Shown here piece by piece: positions 35,701 to 48,038 of a stretch of 64,000 nt of DNA. This stretch comes from Bugula neritina (lineage: Eukaryota; Animalia; Bryozoa). The notes below the pieces were generated by a model, which saw only the letters and a program-made list of their open reading frames with translations, was not told where the DNA came from and did not search any database. Both the position numbers and the translations under genes were made by a program. The stretch is taken from the NCBI GenBank assembly GCA_964035545.1, contig OZ037771.1:10420480-10484479 (forward strand), written 5' to 3'. How positions within the stretch are numbered: the first letter of the stretch is position 1; the number at the start of each line of letters is the position of its first letter.

Positions 35701-38700
35701 TTTGCATATATTTTGAGCATCAAGTAAAACAGGTCTAGAAGATTTTATTTCTCAGTAGGCTAGTCGTGTTTTAAGAGATTTCTTAATATCTTGACAATCT
35801 CATCAAACTCCACATTTTATGTACTGCAGCACAATAATTTCAAGTATTGTATTTGCTAATGTTTCCATACACCTACCTGCCACTAGATTACTATGCCTAT
35901 TTTTAGAAGGTAGCATTCTTACAACTATTATTGATATGCTAGCAGTAATGTGAGGTTAGCTTGTAAAATTTCTTGATATACATTTGGTTAATATTTCAGT
36001 GCATTGCTTTAGTGCACTTTATTTTTCTATTTTTGGCTTCTGTTGTATTTTCACAGCTGCTGTGCAAAATCAACCAAAGCACCTGTTGAATAATTTTGGC
36101 CAATACACTACTGGATGTAATTAAGTGGGGTTTTATATTAACTGTGAACTGCTACTTACTGCAATTAATTATAGAGTGACAATCTCTAAAAATTCCACTT
36201 TGCCTCTTTTTAACTTCTTTTCATGAAGCATCGGTGGTTCAGTGGTAGAATTCTCGCCTGCCACGCGGGAGGCCCGGGTTCAATTCCCGGCCGATGCATT
36301 TTTTTATTTGTAATAAAGTTCAACCTTAATATTATTTTATTGCTACCAAGTATAACTTTGATTCACTGCTCAACATATTTGTGATTTGACTTTTAAGCAA
36401 CATGTATGTTGAACAATTCGGCAGCCATCCAATACAAATCAGAGAGTAAATACCAATCGTTGAATACTTTAAAATATTTTTAAAATAAATATATAAAATT
36501 GATAGTGTAGATTAGACTTGAATTGAATTTCATCGTTAAAACAAAATAAGTTCTAGTGTTTGCTATATACGTGCTTAAGTTCACAGTCACCAACCAGTCA
36601 CTAACTCCCATTACATTTCATTTATTTTACAGTAAATTGAGAAATTTACTTTTTTCGAGTTTGTATTACACTCACAGTCATTAAATCTCATTACTAATGA
36701 CCAAATCCAATTGCTTGAAATTTGAGGATAATAGCAATTGTCTCATAAGTATTCATTTTGATTAATCACTACTGTTGACATTGGTTTTGAAATAAACTCA
36801 AAATGACTGGACGAATAACTGGAGTAGAACCTTATCAGTTATCAAAAACTTAGTTTTGCAAATTTTTCAAAAAAATGCATCGGCCGGGAATTGAACCCGG
36901 GCCTCCCGCGTGGCAGGCGAGAATTCTACCACTGAACCACCGATGCTTCTTAGTAGCCTAAGTTCTGGAATAGATTCCACGAATCGCAGTTCTGGTGGAC
37001 TGTAATTAATGGCAGTTTAAGATGACAGCCTGCTAGACTTGCAGGTTGACTAGTTTGGCCTTCCTCATGACACACTGCTACAGGCAACAAATGTGTATCT
37101 AGTATCTAATAGCCCATGATGGGCTCTGTCAGTTTAGGGTCATATGGTCCACTTGCTCAAACTTACTGATACTTTGATCGGCGACTGGCCGTGTGGAGAT
37201 GGTGACAATTTGAATGCATTTGACCAGATGTGCATCCATCATCTAGTATACAAGCACAAGTATTGCATTGATACATTGAATTATCAACAACCTACATTGG
37301 TGTGACCTACATGATAGAATAAATATAGTGTGTGTTACTGTGAACAGGGGTTGGTAGATACGGCTGTAAAGACCAGCAGGAGTGGCTATTTGCAAAGATG
37401 TCTCATCAAACATTTAGAAGGCATAATGGTTGAATACGATTCAACTGTTAGAGATTCTGATGGCTCAATTGTACAGGTATGTTGCCATATTCCCTCCTTG
37501 TATATCTCCTTCTAGTATATCTCTTTCTAGTATATCTCCTTCTAGTATATCTCCTCCTAGTATATCTCCTTCTAGTATATCTCCTCCTAGTATATTCCCT
37601 CCTAGTATATCTCCTCCTAGTTTATCTCCTCCTAGTATATCTCCTCCTAGTTTATCTCCTCCTAGTATATCTCCTCCTGGTATATCTCCTCCTAGTATAT
37701 CTTCTCCTAGTATATCTCCTCCTAGTATATCTCCTCCTAGTATATCTCCTCCTAGTATATCTCCTCCTAGTATATCTCCTTCTAGTATATCTCCTCCTAG
37801 TATATCTCCTTCTAGTATATCTCCTCCTAGTATATCTCCTTCTAGTATATCTCCTCCTAGTATATCTCCTCCTAGTATATCTCCTTCTAGTATATCTCCT
37901 CCTAGTATATCTCATCCTAGTTTATCTCCTCCTAGTATATCTCCTCCTAGTATATCTCCTCCTAGTATATCTCCTCCTAGTATATCTCCTCCTAGTATAT
38001 CTCCTCCTAGTATATCTCCTCCTAGTATATCTCCTTCTAGTATATCTCCTCCTAGTATATCTCATCCTAGTTTATCTCCTCCTAGTATATCTCCTCCTAG
38101 TATATCTCCTCCTAGTATATCTTCTCCTAGTATATCTCCTCCTAGTATATCTCCTTCTAGTATATCTCCTCCTAGTATATCTCCTTCTAGTATATCTCCT
38201 CCTAGTATATCTCCTTCTAGTATATCTCCTCCTAGTATATCTCCTCCTAGTTTATCTCCTCCTAGTATATCTCCTCCTAGTTTATCTCCTCCTAGTATAT
38301 CTCCTCCTAGTATATCTCCTCCTAGTATATCTCCTTCTAGTATATCTCCTCCTAGTATATCTCCTTCTAGTATATCTCCTCCTAGTATATCTCCTCCTAG
38401 TATATCTCCTTCTAGTATATCTCCTCCTAGTATATCTCATCCTAGTTTATCTCCTCCTAGTATATCTCCTCCTAGTATATCTCCTCCTAGTATATCTCCT
38501 CCTAGTATATCTCCTCCTAGTATATCTCATCCTTGTATATCTCCTCCTAGTATATCTCCTCCTAGTATATCTCCTCCTAGTATATCTCCTCCTAGTATAT
38601 CTCCTCCTAGTATATCTCCACTCAATAAGTTAGTCGATTGAACTGTTTTAGTTCCAATATGGCGATGATGGACTGAGCGTATTGAAAACCAACATGCTGT

Positions 38701-41167
38701 CTACGAAGCAGTTTCCTTTTCTAATAGCCAATCAAAAGACAGCTGCTAACCAGCATGAAGTTTCAAAGCTTAGGCAATCTCTAGATAAAAAGAAAGCCAG
38801 GCGTTGGGACAAAAAGGTAAACTTCTGGAAAATAAAAATAGGCCAGTAGTGGGGCAGCTACATTGCTCAGTTTGTTAAACTGAAATTACTGTTGGTTACA
38901 GCATTCAAGTGGCAAAGAAAGATTGTATTTTGTTTTGCTCCAATGGTGGGTTTTCCTGATTATTACATGGTAACTATCTTCATGTCCAGAATTGGTAGCT
39001 CTTTGATGATTGTTCCAGCCTGAAGGAGAAATATCATACTGTTGCAACTTGCAAGCTCAGTATGAGTCTTGCATCCATTTTCAGTCCTAGGATCTGAAAA
39101 ACATAATATTTCATTCTTAGATCAATATTTTCACAGCACATATTAGCTTGTTACTATTTAGTCACTGTCTAGTCACTGTTGACTCAATGTCTAGTCACTG
39201 TCTAGTCACTGTTTACTCAATGTCTAGTCACTGTCTAGTCACTGTTTACTCAATGTCTAGTCACTGTCTGGTCACTGTCTAGTCACTGTCTAGTCACTGT
39301 TTACTCAATGTCTAGTCACTGTTTACTCAATGTCTAGTCACTGTTTACTCAATGTCTGGTCACTATCTAGTCACTGTTTATTCGATGTCTAGTTGCTCTC
39401 TAGTCATTGTTTAGTTACTATTCAGTACTGTGGCTGCGGTACTCAGAGTCATTGAGAAATCCACAAGTTTGTATTGCTGGCACCCATTTGCTGGTTGTGC
39501 CTACAGATAGCCAATTACAAAGAGTTGTGGGCGGAATTTTCTTCATCTGAAAGAAGATCAGCTTTCCTGAAATACTGTGAAGACCAGCCTGACTCTGTAA
39601 AGAGTGCGACTGAGAAAGTTAATGGGAAACTGTGCAGGTTAGTGCATCACCACTCTAGAGTTGTAAGGATTCACTTGATTACTAAATGTCAGGATTAGGT
39701 GCTATACTCTGGGGAGTGGACACTTATCTGTAAAACTTTTCTGTAACATTTATTTGCAACACTCATCTCTAACAATCATCTGTAATACTTATCTGTAATA
39801 CTTATCTGTAACAGTTATAAAACTCTTTCTTGTTTTTTCTTTTAACTTCAAATCACTTTTCCTTGGTTGCTTGTGTTTTCTATTCTACAAATACAACAGT
39901 TGTGATGTATTTGTAGACCCGTGACATCTAGTACAATAGAAACTGCCTACAGAGGTTTGACTGAAGAGGAGAGAGTAGGTTATGACTTGTATTCCCAGAG
40001 GTGTCCAGAACCCACGCTAAGCAGGTACCTCCCCAGTAAATACCTCCACTCCATGTCTGAGAAACTGAGGGAGGAGCTGGAACTCTATAAGCTGAGTAAT
40101 CCTCACCAGGTGAGAGGGAAGGTGTGGTGGGCGAGACTTCCTCTGAATTAAGGGGGAGACTTCCTGTGAATTGTGGGTAGGCCGACCTGTGAATTGTGGG
40201 CGGGTCGACCTGGTGTAGCACGCTGCATGTAGCGCGTTGCATGAAGCTCTGGTTACTGACTTGTTTTACTGGAGTTCAGCGTAGCAAGAGATGTAGAGTG
40301 TGTATTCTCATATACTGAGAGTTGTGTATGTTTGACAGTTACTCACTGATGGAGAAACAGATGTACCTTACGGTAAGATATCAGTAGAACAGTTGGAGGA
40401 GTTGATATCATTGTATAGCTGTAGAAGTCAAGTAGAACCTGGAGATGGAGTGGGTATTCTAGCAGCGCAGGTAATCTCCCCTAATTATACACATCTTTGT
40501 ACACTGAGAACACAGGCTCTCACCTACTTGCCTTCACCATTCTGTGTCAATAGACTTTCTATCAACTCTAGTTTCTATACTTACTCAGAGTTCTTGTTTA
40601 GAAGACTGTATGCTGCATCTTCACATCATATTGTAATACTGTTTGTGTTCACCAGATGGTTTGGTGGGGGATAACTCCTAATATTTTCTTCTTTCTGTAA
40701 TTGCAGTCAATAGGAGAACCATCCACTCAGATGACCTTGAACACGTTCCACTTCGCTGGTCGCGGAGACATGAACGTTACTCTGGGGATACCAAGATTAC
40801 GGGAAATACTGCTAGTAGCCAGTAAAACACCAAAAACTTCCTTTATGGACATCCCGTTCAGGAGCTCTAAACACGCCCGAAAGAGGGCTAGGAATCTGCA
40901 ACTCAGGCTAAATGCAGTCAAACTATCAGAGGTGTGGCTAATAATCACTAAAATACATATATATGCACATACATGTGTGTTTGTATGTGTGTGTGTATAT
41001 ATGTGTGTGTATACACGTGTGTGTGCATGTGTGTATATATATATATATATATGTGTGTGTATATATATATGCACATGTGTGTTTGTGTGTGTGTGTGTAT
41101 ACATATGTGTGTGTATGTGTGTATATATATGTGTGTGTGTATACACGTGTGTGTGCATGTGTGTATG

Positions 41168-41200
<33 letters not shown>

Positions 41201-44200
41201 ATATATATGTGTGTGTATATACACGTGTGTGTACACACGCATATATATATACACACACATGTGTGTATTCTTCTACGCATATCTTGTAACACCAGCTTAC
41301 TCTGCAGCAAGTTATGAGCTAACAGGAAATAATTTAGATTTTGAATGCAGTAATGAAATGTACTCTACATAAGAATAACTAGCATTCTGCTCTTAACTGT
41401 GCTGTAGTTTTATCTCCCCTCTCATCACCTCTAGGTTCTTTAAATGAATTGTCAAAATCATTTCAAGTTAGCCAACTTAGAGTTGTTCTCTCCTTGGCTA
41501 TTGGTAATTTAAAGCATTATTAATATCCGTAGTAATGCAAAGTTGTAAGTTATGATGGTATTCATTACAGAGATTAATGTTAAGTTGGAGTTGTGCCATC
41601 TGCTGTAAATTACTAACCATCTAATATGTTACTACATCAGTGTATACAGAATATGTAGCTATGAGCTGTGACACACTCTAGTAATATGCCATGTGCATAT
41701 GGAGTTCTATTAGTTCTAACTCCACTATCCTCTTATTTACAATTGTATAAAGTGGTTGTGCAAGTAACCAAGTATGGTGTGGCGGCATGGTGTTTATATG
41801 AAGGGTCTTCGTGTGTAAGAGGGGATAATTCCAAATCTTAAAATTTGGTTACAAAGACGAGATTCGTTCGTTCCTTCATGTTTAGTTTAGCCTAAGTTTA
41901 TCTATTTTGTGGCAGGTTCTAGAGAGGGCAGATATTTCCACGCAGTTGGTAACTGTTGGCATGAACAGGTAAGTAGGCTATGGGTTTCTACTCATACACC
42001 ATACTTGTATTGGAAGCACTTGTAATTTGCACCAAACGTCTGCTATATTTTACTGTTGAAGCATTTAATTTTCAGTTTAAACTTGCTTTGTACATTACAC
42101 AAGACTTACCTGTTAACATACTCTATATTATACTTACCTGCAGTGACCTGGGCACCAAGTACATGGTAAGACTGCAGTTTCTTCCCGCTGAGCAGTACAC
42201 CAGCAAGTGTCTGCTCACTCCCAAGTTCATCATGTCGTATGTGGAGAGGACGTTCATACCGGCCATCACTAAAGCGTATATGAAGCTGGCCAGAATAAAC
42301 AGAGACCTGAAGTGAGTAGATTTCTTCTCAGTCAATGTTAGTACATAGTGGTACTATATAGTGTATAGTAGTAATATATAGTAGTAATATATAGTAGTAA
42401 TATACAGTAGTAATATATAGTAGTACTATATAGTAGTAATATACAGTAGTAATATATACTGTATAGTAGTAATATATAGTAGTAATATAATATAGTGTAT
42501 AGTAGTAATATATAGTAGTAATATATAGTAGTAATATATAGTAGTAATATATAGTAGTAATATATAGTCTATAGTAGTAATATATAGTAGTAATATACAG
42601 TAGTAATATATAGTCTATAGTAGTAATATATAGTCTATAGTAGTAATATATAGTCTATAGTAGTAATATATAGTCTATAGTAGTAATATATAGTATTAAT
42701 ATATAGTATATCATACTTGATAACAACATAGTGTATAGTAATGATACATAGCTAAAAGCGTAATTTAAGGATTAAGTTAATTTTGGATAAAAAGTTTCTA
42801 TTTATTTCTGCCTCAGAATGCATACACATCATCATGAGACTATCTTCTACATTTCTGCTTCTGTACTCATTCTTCTGCATTACTTGTTGCCCTTGGATGG
42901 GTTGGGGAGGAATGCGAGTTACTAGGCTAAGACTGTACACCTTAGCTCATCTCTTTATGGGGTAATTTTACAGTAGAAAAGATCACCATTCCCTGTATGA
43001 GGTCAGAGGGAGAGATTGTAGGTTTGTTAGGGGACAGCTGAGTGCATGGGTGCCAGATCTCTGATATTTTGAGGTTATGCAGCACTTGTTTTACATCAGT
43101 TAGTTTTGTATCAAATGATTAGGCTTTCTGATATCCTACCAACTCAAACTATGCTGTTTTCAGCTATAGAAACGCTGAAATTTATTCGCGGGCACATATT
43201 TCATAGCATCTAAGATAGGTCTGCCACACTATGATGGTGTGTGTTTCAGGATAATAGATGCTTTAGCGTGGAGGAGAGAGCCAGCGTCAGCTACCGCTGC
43301 CAAGGCTGATGACATGGAAGTCGCTGAACCGGAACAGGATGCTGACGATATGGATGAGATGATGAGAGAAGTGGGTGAAGATGCTGACGCCGTGGTAAGA
43401 ATTTAGCTGCTGACTTGTGTGTTGTCATGCTGACAGAATTAATGGAACTGTTGGATTTAGCTACACTCACACTTGTCTGTATTATTGTTTGCAGGCTGAT
43501 AAAGAGTTTAGGAGTATGAATGAGGAGAGAGAATATGATGAGGATGAGATGGCAGAGGTACTAGGGGGAGGGGAAGGGGAGAGTGAACCAGGTTAGTATG
43601 TCATGGTAAACTATTCAGTATATTATAGTAAACTACTCAGTATATTATAGTAAACTACTCAGTATATTATAGTAAACTACTCAGTATCTTATAGTAAACT
43701 ACTCAGTATATTATAGTAAACTATTCAGTATATTATAGTAAACTATTCAGTATATTATAGTAAACTACTCAGTATATTATAGTAAACTACTCAGTATATT
43801 ATAGTAAACTATTCAGTATATTATAGTAAACTATTCAGTATATTATAGTAAACTATTAAGTATATTATAGTAAACTATTCAGTATATTATAGTAAACTAC
43901 TCAGTATATTATAGTAAACTATTCAGTATATTATAGTAAACTACTCAGTATAATATAGTAAACTACTCAGTATATTATAGTAAACTACTCAGTATACTAT
44001 AGTAAACTACTCAGTATATTATAGTAAACTACTCAGTATACTATAGTAAACTATTCAGTATAATATAGTAAACTACTCAGTATATTATAGTAAACTACCC
44101 AGTATATTATAGTAAACTACTCAGTATATTATAGTAAAGTATTCAGTATACTATAGTAAACTACTCAGTATATTATAGTAAACTATTCAGTATATTATAG

Positions 44201-47158
44201 TAAACTATTCAGTATATTATAGTAAACTACTCAGTATATTATAGTAAACTACTCAGTATATTATAGTAAACTACTCAGTATATTATAGTAAACTACTCAG
44301 TATATTATAGTAAACTACTCAGTATATTATAGTAAACTACTCAGTATATTATAGTAAACTATTCAGTATATTATAGTAAACTACTCAGTATATTATAGTA
44401 AACTACCCAGTATATTATAGTAAACTACTCAGTATATTATAGTAAACTACTCAGTATATTATAGTAAACTACTCAGTATATTATAGTAGACTACCCAGTA
44501 TATTATAGTAAACTATTCAGTATATTATAGTAAACTACTCAGTATATTATAGTAAACTACTCAGTATATTATAGTAAACTATTCAGTATATTATAGTAAA
44601 CTACTCAGTATATTATAGTAAACTACTCAGTATATTATAGTAAACTATTCAGTATATTATAGTAAACTACTCAGTATATTATAGTAAACTATTCAGTATA
44701 TTATTGTAAACTATTCAGTATATTATTGTAAACTACTCAGTATATTATAGTAAACTACTCAGTATATTATAGTAAACTACTCAGTATATTATAGTAAACT
44801 ACTCAGTATATTATAACTACAGAAGATGGTGAATCTCTGGCATCCAGCGCAGAGTCAGAGTCCCATAGCGATGCCGAGAATCCCACCATTGACACCCTCA
44901 GTACACGAAAGCGCCTAAAGTTGTCCCGAAAAGCCGACTCCAACTGTGAAATGAATCCAGAGCGTGTAGCAGTAAGTAAAATTGATTTTCTGGTGATAAA
45001 ATGCACCATTTCGATCTGCAGATGCTGCTAGAGAAAATATGCTTTTTTTCCATGCAAGTTAAGCCTTTTGCAAGTGTTTGTGTGAGTCAACTTGTGTACA
45101 AGTAACGCTAAACAATGTGTGAATATGAAGTTGCATAGGTTTAAATGTACCGTATTTTGTACTTGGAACTGCATGGCTGCTATGCAGTCTAGTGTACCTT
45201 TACTCCTTTAGAGTTCATATTATTTCAAGTAATCCACGTGCTAGCTTGCCCAAACACCGGTTAATATTCACCAAAATGTGTCTCATGTTAAGTGCTACAG
45301 CTCCAATAAGTGTTGCAAGATTCAAGCTATGGAAGTACTTTATTGAAAATCCATTTGTTGAACTTTTTGAAGCTTTAAATCAATTTTAGTAGCATCATCA
45401 TTCCAATGGAGTTTACAAGTTTCCTCATTCATTACTAAGCAGGTGTAAGATCTGAAGTATTGGTTGTACTGTTTGCTCGCCTTACCTTGTAGAATGTCAC
45501 CTCAATACCCAACATCATGAAGTACGAGTATGATGCAGAGGAAGAACTCTGGTGTGAAATCACATTCAAGGTGCGGCTATTTCAAACTCAATCTCTCTTC
45601 CATCTTCTATTTATCTCAATTTTCCCTAACACTTGGGAGATAGTTCTGTCTGCATATCTTATGTAGCTTTTTTGTTTCAAAGGTAGTATAATGTATTGTG
45701 AGATTCATGTATGATTTATAAGCAGTCATAAATCCATCAGTGTAAATGATAAAGTGCCAAATTTGCATTTTTCTCAGATTTTCATTGTAAAATTGCCACT
45801 ATTAAACTTTCTTTGGTGTATTACGAATGTTCCTTTACATGTGATGCAATGTTTATATTATTGAATATATTGTTGTATGTCACATTGTCACAGTATTCAC
45901 GTGTCACATGCTGTTTTAGTATGACCTGGGAAGTAGTGCGATAGACATGACTCCAATAGTACAGTCTGTAGCTTCCTCCTCACTCGTCTGTGACCCTGAG
46001 AAGTTTGTGCACAGCGTCAGCAAAGCCATTCTCAGTGAGCCCAAGCATAGTGAGGACACGTTGAGACTGAAAACAGTTGGAGTTAACATACAGGTAACTG
46101 GCACTCTGTTTAGAACTTACACTGCTCGCTGAAATCTTACTTTGCTTGTCTGCAAATAAAGCAATTGTCATACAATTCTCATTCATCCAGCACAGCCAAT
46201 ATTAATAATCAGTAATCTTGTAACTTTCGTCATTTCAAGTGCCAAAATTGTAGCCGATAGAGCTGCAAGTGCCCACTCTTGAGAAGTTAAATGGAACACC
46301 TGGCAAATTTTTCTAGTCGCGTGTCTTCTGTATAATTTGGTCTTTATATTGATGCATATCTCTTGTAGAGAATGTTTCAATACAACAAGATTCTGGACCT
46401 GAACAAGCTGTACAGTAATGACATACATGCAATGGCCGACAGCTACGGTATTGAGGCAGCTTACAATGTTCTTATCAAGGTAATTCTGTAATATATCCTT
46501 GACTAATTGTATGGCTGTTTGTGTTATGAGTGGGCAATGTGTATTCAGTGTCTATTGTTTCTGTTGTGCAGGAGATACGAGATGTGTTTGCAGCCTATGG
46601 TATTACAGTCAACTATAGACACCTGTCATTACTTGCCGACTACATGACATACGATGGCAAGTATAAACCATTCAACCAAACCGGCCTCAGGTCTCATAGC
46701 TCTGCTTTGCAGAAAATGACTTATGAAGCATCAACAAAGTTTCTGAAAGAAACTATGATGGCTGGTAAGTAGTTTACACACAGTGCTTGCATGTGCTCCT
46801 TTCACCATAACTGTGTCAACTTTACATCAGGTGCAAATAATGACGCAATACTCAATACGCTTGCTATGACTAAAATTATGCACTAATTCAATGTGTTAGG
46901 AATGACTAAAGCTTTAACTAGTTTTTTTTCAAATAGCACCACATATTTAAAATTTTAAACTTGTTATGCCGTATTAGAAAATGGTACTTGTCAATTCAGT
47001 AGTGAAATTACATATATAGGTAGTAATTATTGATTTACATAACGTTGTATGTAGGAGGAAAAGACGATTTGAATTCCCCATCTGCAAGAATTGTAGTTGG
47101 CCGGCCTGTAAAAGTTGGTACTGGATCGTTTGAATGTGTCACAAAGTTTCAAGGATGA
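17755..47158 (+). CDS. POLR1A: DNA-directed RNA polymerase I largest subunit (RPA1), ~38 exons
   Basis: ATG 17755 MAEVPK...NGLYDRKL|[12 protein letters not shown]...[11 protein letters not shown]; [22 protein letters not shown]; [14 protein letters not shown]; catalytic [11 protein letters not shown] (~27736-27768); FFHCMAGRE|[24 protein letters not shown]; [18 protein letters not shown] (Pol I-type); ends [27 protein letters not shown] (TGA 47156-47158). All junctions I traced are GT-AG and in frame. Confidence 0.97.
18896..20084 (-). pseudogene. Decayed 5'-truncated non-LTR retrotransposon RT (Rex1/Babar-like LINE) in POLR1A intron 1
   Basis: Four broken minus-strand ORFs with [49 protein letters not shown] (degenerate YADD), [22 protein letters not shown]. 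Contains frameshifts and stops. Confidence 0.88.
22080..22952. repeat. 31-bp minisatellite with higher-order structure
   Basis: Unit actagattagactactacttcctgtagaggg, about 28 copies. Variant units recur in a fixed order. Confidence 0.96.
24245..25835. repeat. 40-bp minisatellite (actctacttactgtctacttacagtgtacttactgtatat)
   Basis: About 39 copies ending at the acceptor at 25838. Stop-free on + in all frames, which gives the spurious 467-547 aa ORFs. Confidence 0.98.
27841..28293. mobile_element. MITE with ~110-bp TIRs and TTAA-like TSD (Kolobok/piggyBac-type)
   Basis: ttga|agaatccctgacacacttcacttatgca... vs ...tgcataagtgaagtgtgtcggggattct|ttaa. Additional internal hairpin at 27953-28041. Confidence 0.8.
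29085..29356. repeat. ~46-bp minisatellite starting at a splice donor
   Basis: About 6 copies of tgttctagagtattgtatacgctgtgttatacatcatcaatatgtg. Confidence 0.93.
30155..30550. repeat. Compound minisatellite (actctcaca/cactataatat)
   Basis: Fills most of intron 30147-30605. Confidence 0.92.
30893..31372. repeat. 22-bp minisatellite (tactatcttgatatttagtgct)
   Basis: About 21 copies. Confidence 0.95.
31827..32456. repeat. 19-bp minisatellite (agtaatactgtgtatatat)
   Basis: About 33 copies filling the intron. Confidence 0.95.
32818..33150. repeat. ~20-bp minisatellite (acattacttactgtgtat/tag)
   Basis: Degenerate tandem array. Confidence 0.9.
33637..33707 (-). tRNA. tRNA-Gly(GCC)
   Basis: Reverse complement identical to the 6180 copy. 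A6 run on + is its T6 terminator. Confidence 0.98.
34044..34114 (+). tRNA. tRNA-Gly(GCC)
   Basis: Identical 71-nt sequence, T6 terminator. Confidence 0.98.
34365..35215. repeat. Fold-back element / MITE-like inverted repeat, ~240-bp arms
   Basis: 34365-34604 (aaaaaaattagttgatgttttacagcaggctagc...) is the imperfect reverse complement of 34977-35215. Confidence 0.9.
36228..36298 (+). tRNA. tRNA-Gly(GCC)
   Basis: Identical 71-nt sequence, T7 terminator. Confidence 0.98.
36876..36946 (-). tRNA. tRNA-Gly(GCC)
   Basis: Identical 71-nt sequence on the minus strand, T7 terminator. Confidence 0.98.
37490..38620. repeat. 15-bp minisatellite (cctagtatatctcct)
   Basis: About 75 copies filling intron 37477-38651. 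Confidence 0.98.
39158..39420. repeat. Compound minisatellite (tagtcactgtc / ttactcaatgtc)
   Basis: Visible tandem array. Confidence 0.9.
40953..41267. repeat. Alternating purine-pyrimidine (TG/TA/CA)n compound microsatellite
   Basis: Visible. Source of the CVCV/HTHT ORFs. Confidence 0.95.
42345..42710. repeat. 13-21-bp minisatellite (tagtagtaatata)
   Basis: Visible tandem array. Confidence 0.93.
43605..44820. repeat. 22-bp minisatellite (agtaaactactcagtatattat)
   Basis: About 55 copies occupying essentially all of intron 43592-44822. Confidence 0.98.
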
Positions 47159-48038
47159 AACTCTTGATGAGCTAAGTCTATTAACTGCTGAACAGACAGA
47201 CTCAGCAGGCACTAGACATCACATCTCACCGCATACTGGCTCTGGTGGTATCTGCTAAACTAAACACATATTATCACCAAAAGAATTTAACAAATATATT
47301 CTTTGAAATATCTTGTCTTTTATTATGAAAGTACAATATGATAAATGCCATTTGTTTATATCTATCCCAAATAAATCCTGTCAACGGTTACAGAAAAGTA
47401 TTTTTGTTTTTTATCTTCAATGTCAACAATTGTAGCAGTGAAAACACAACAAAGTTACACTTAAAGCATTTGAAAAGCCAAGTGATGGAGTTAATTAGGT
47501 GAATGCCATAACCTCAGCTGAATTGGTAGTATCAAATTCGTGGAAAAATACCATAGATTTACAGCTGTGCTGAGCATAGACTGAGTGTGCACAACCTGTA
47601 CTAAAGCAAATATTTGTTCATTGAAAATTCAACACATCACAATTAGGAAATGGTGGTGTGTAAGGATACTTGTTATAAAATATGCACATTCAGAGTTGTC
47701 TTTCCTAAAAAGAATGAAAACAGCGAATTGTCCTTGAAAATTTCATGAAATATAAAAATATACGGTTTGAATAATAGTATGCGAATAGATGTAATTAGTA
47801 TTAGACTTGTGTGATGGTAATATTTAGGACATAAGTTTACCCACACAGCTAGAATAATATTCCTAAAATCCTTTACAGTTCTAGACAACTCCCAGGTTCA
47901 GCGAGGTAACTGGCGCTACATGATAATTTGAACAAAGTTTTACATGAGACAACAATAAATAACCAACAACATACGTAGATATAATTTTAACCGAAAGTTC
48001 ACCATATCAACGTATAATATATTGAATAATTGGGATCA

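Noticed and set aside
37430-38641. SISPP-repeat (extensin/mucin-like) and LLVYL ORFs
   Set aside because: 15-bp array within a canonical GT-AG intron, open in several frames.
17755-47158. Non-canonical (GC-AG, AT-AC/U12) introns or an intein in POLR1A
   Set aside because: All junctions traced are GT-AG and in frame, and no insertion was seen in conserved motifs.
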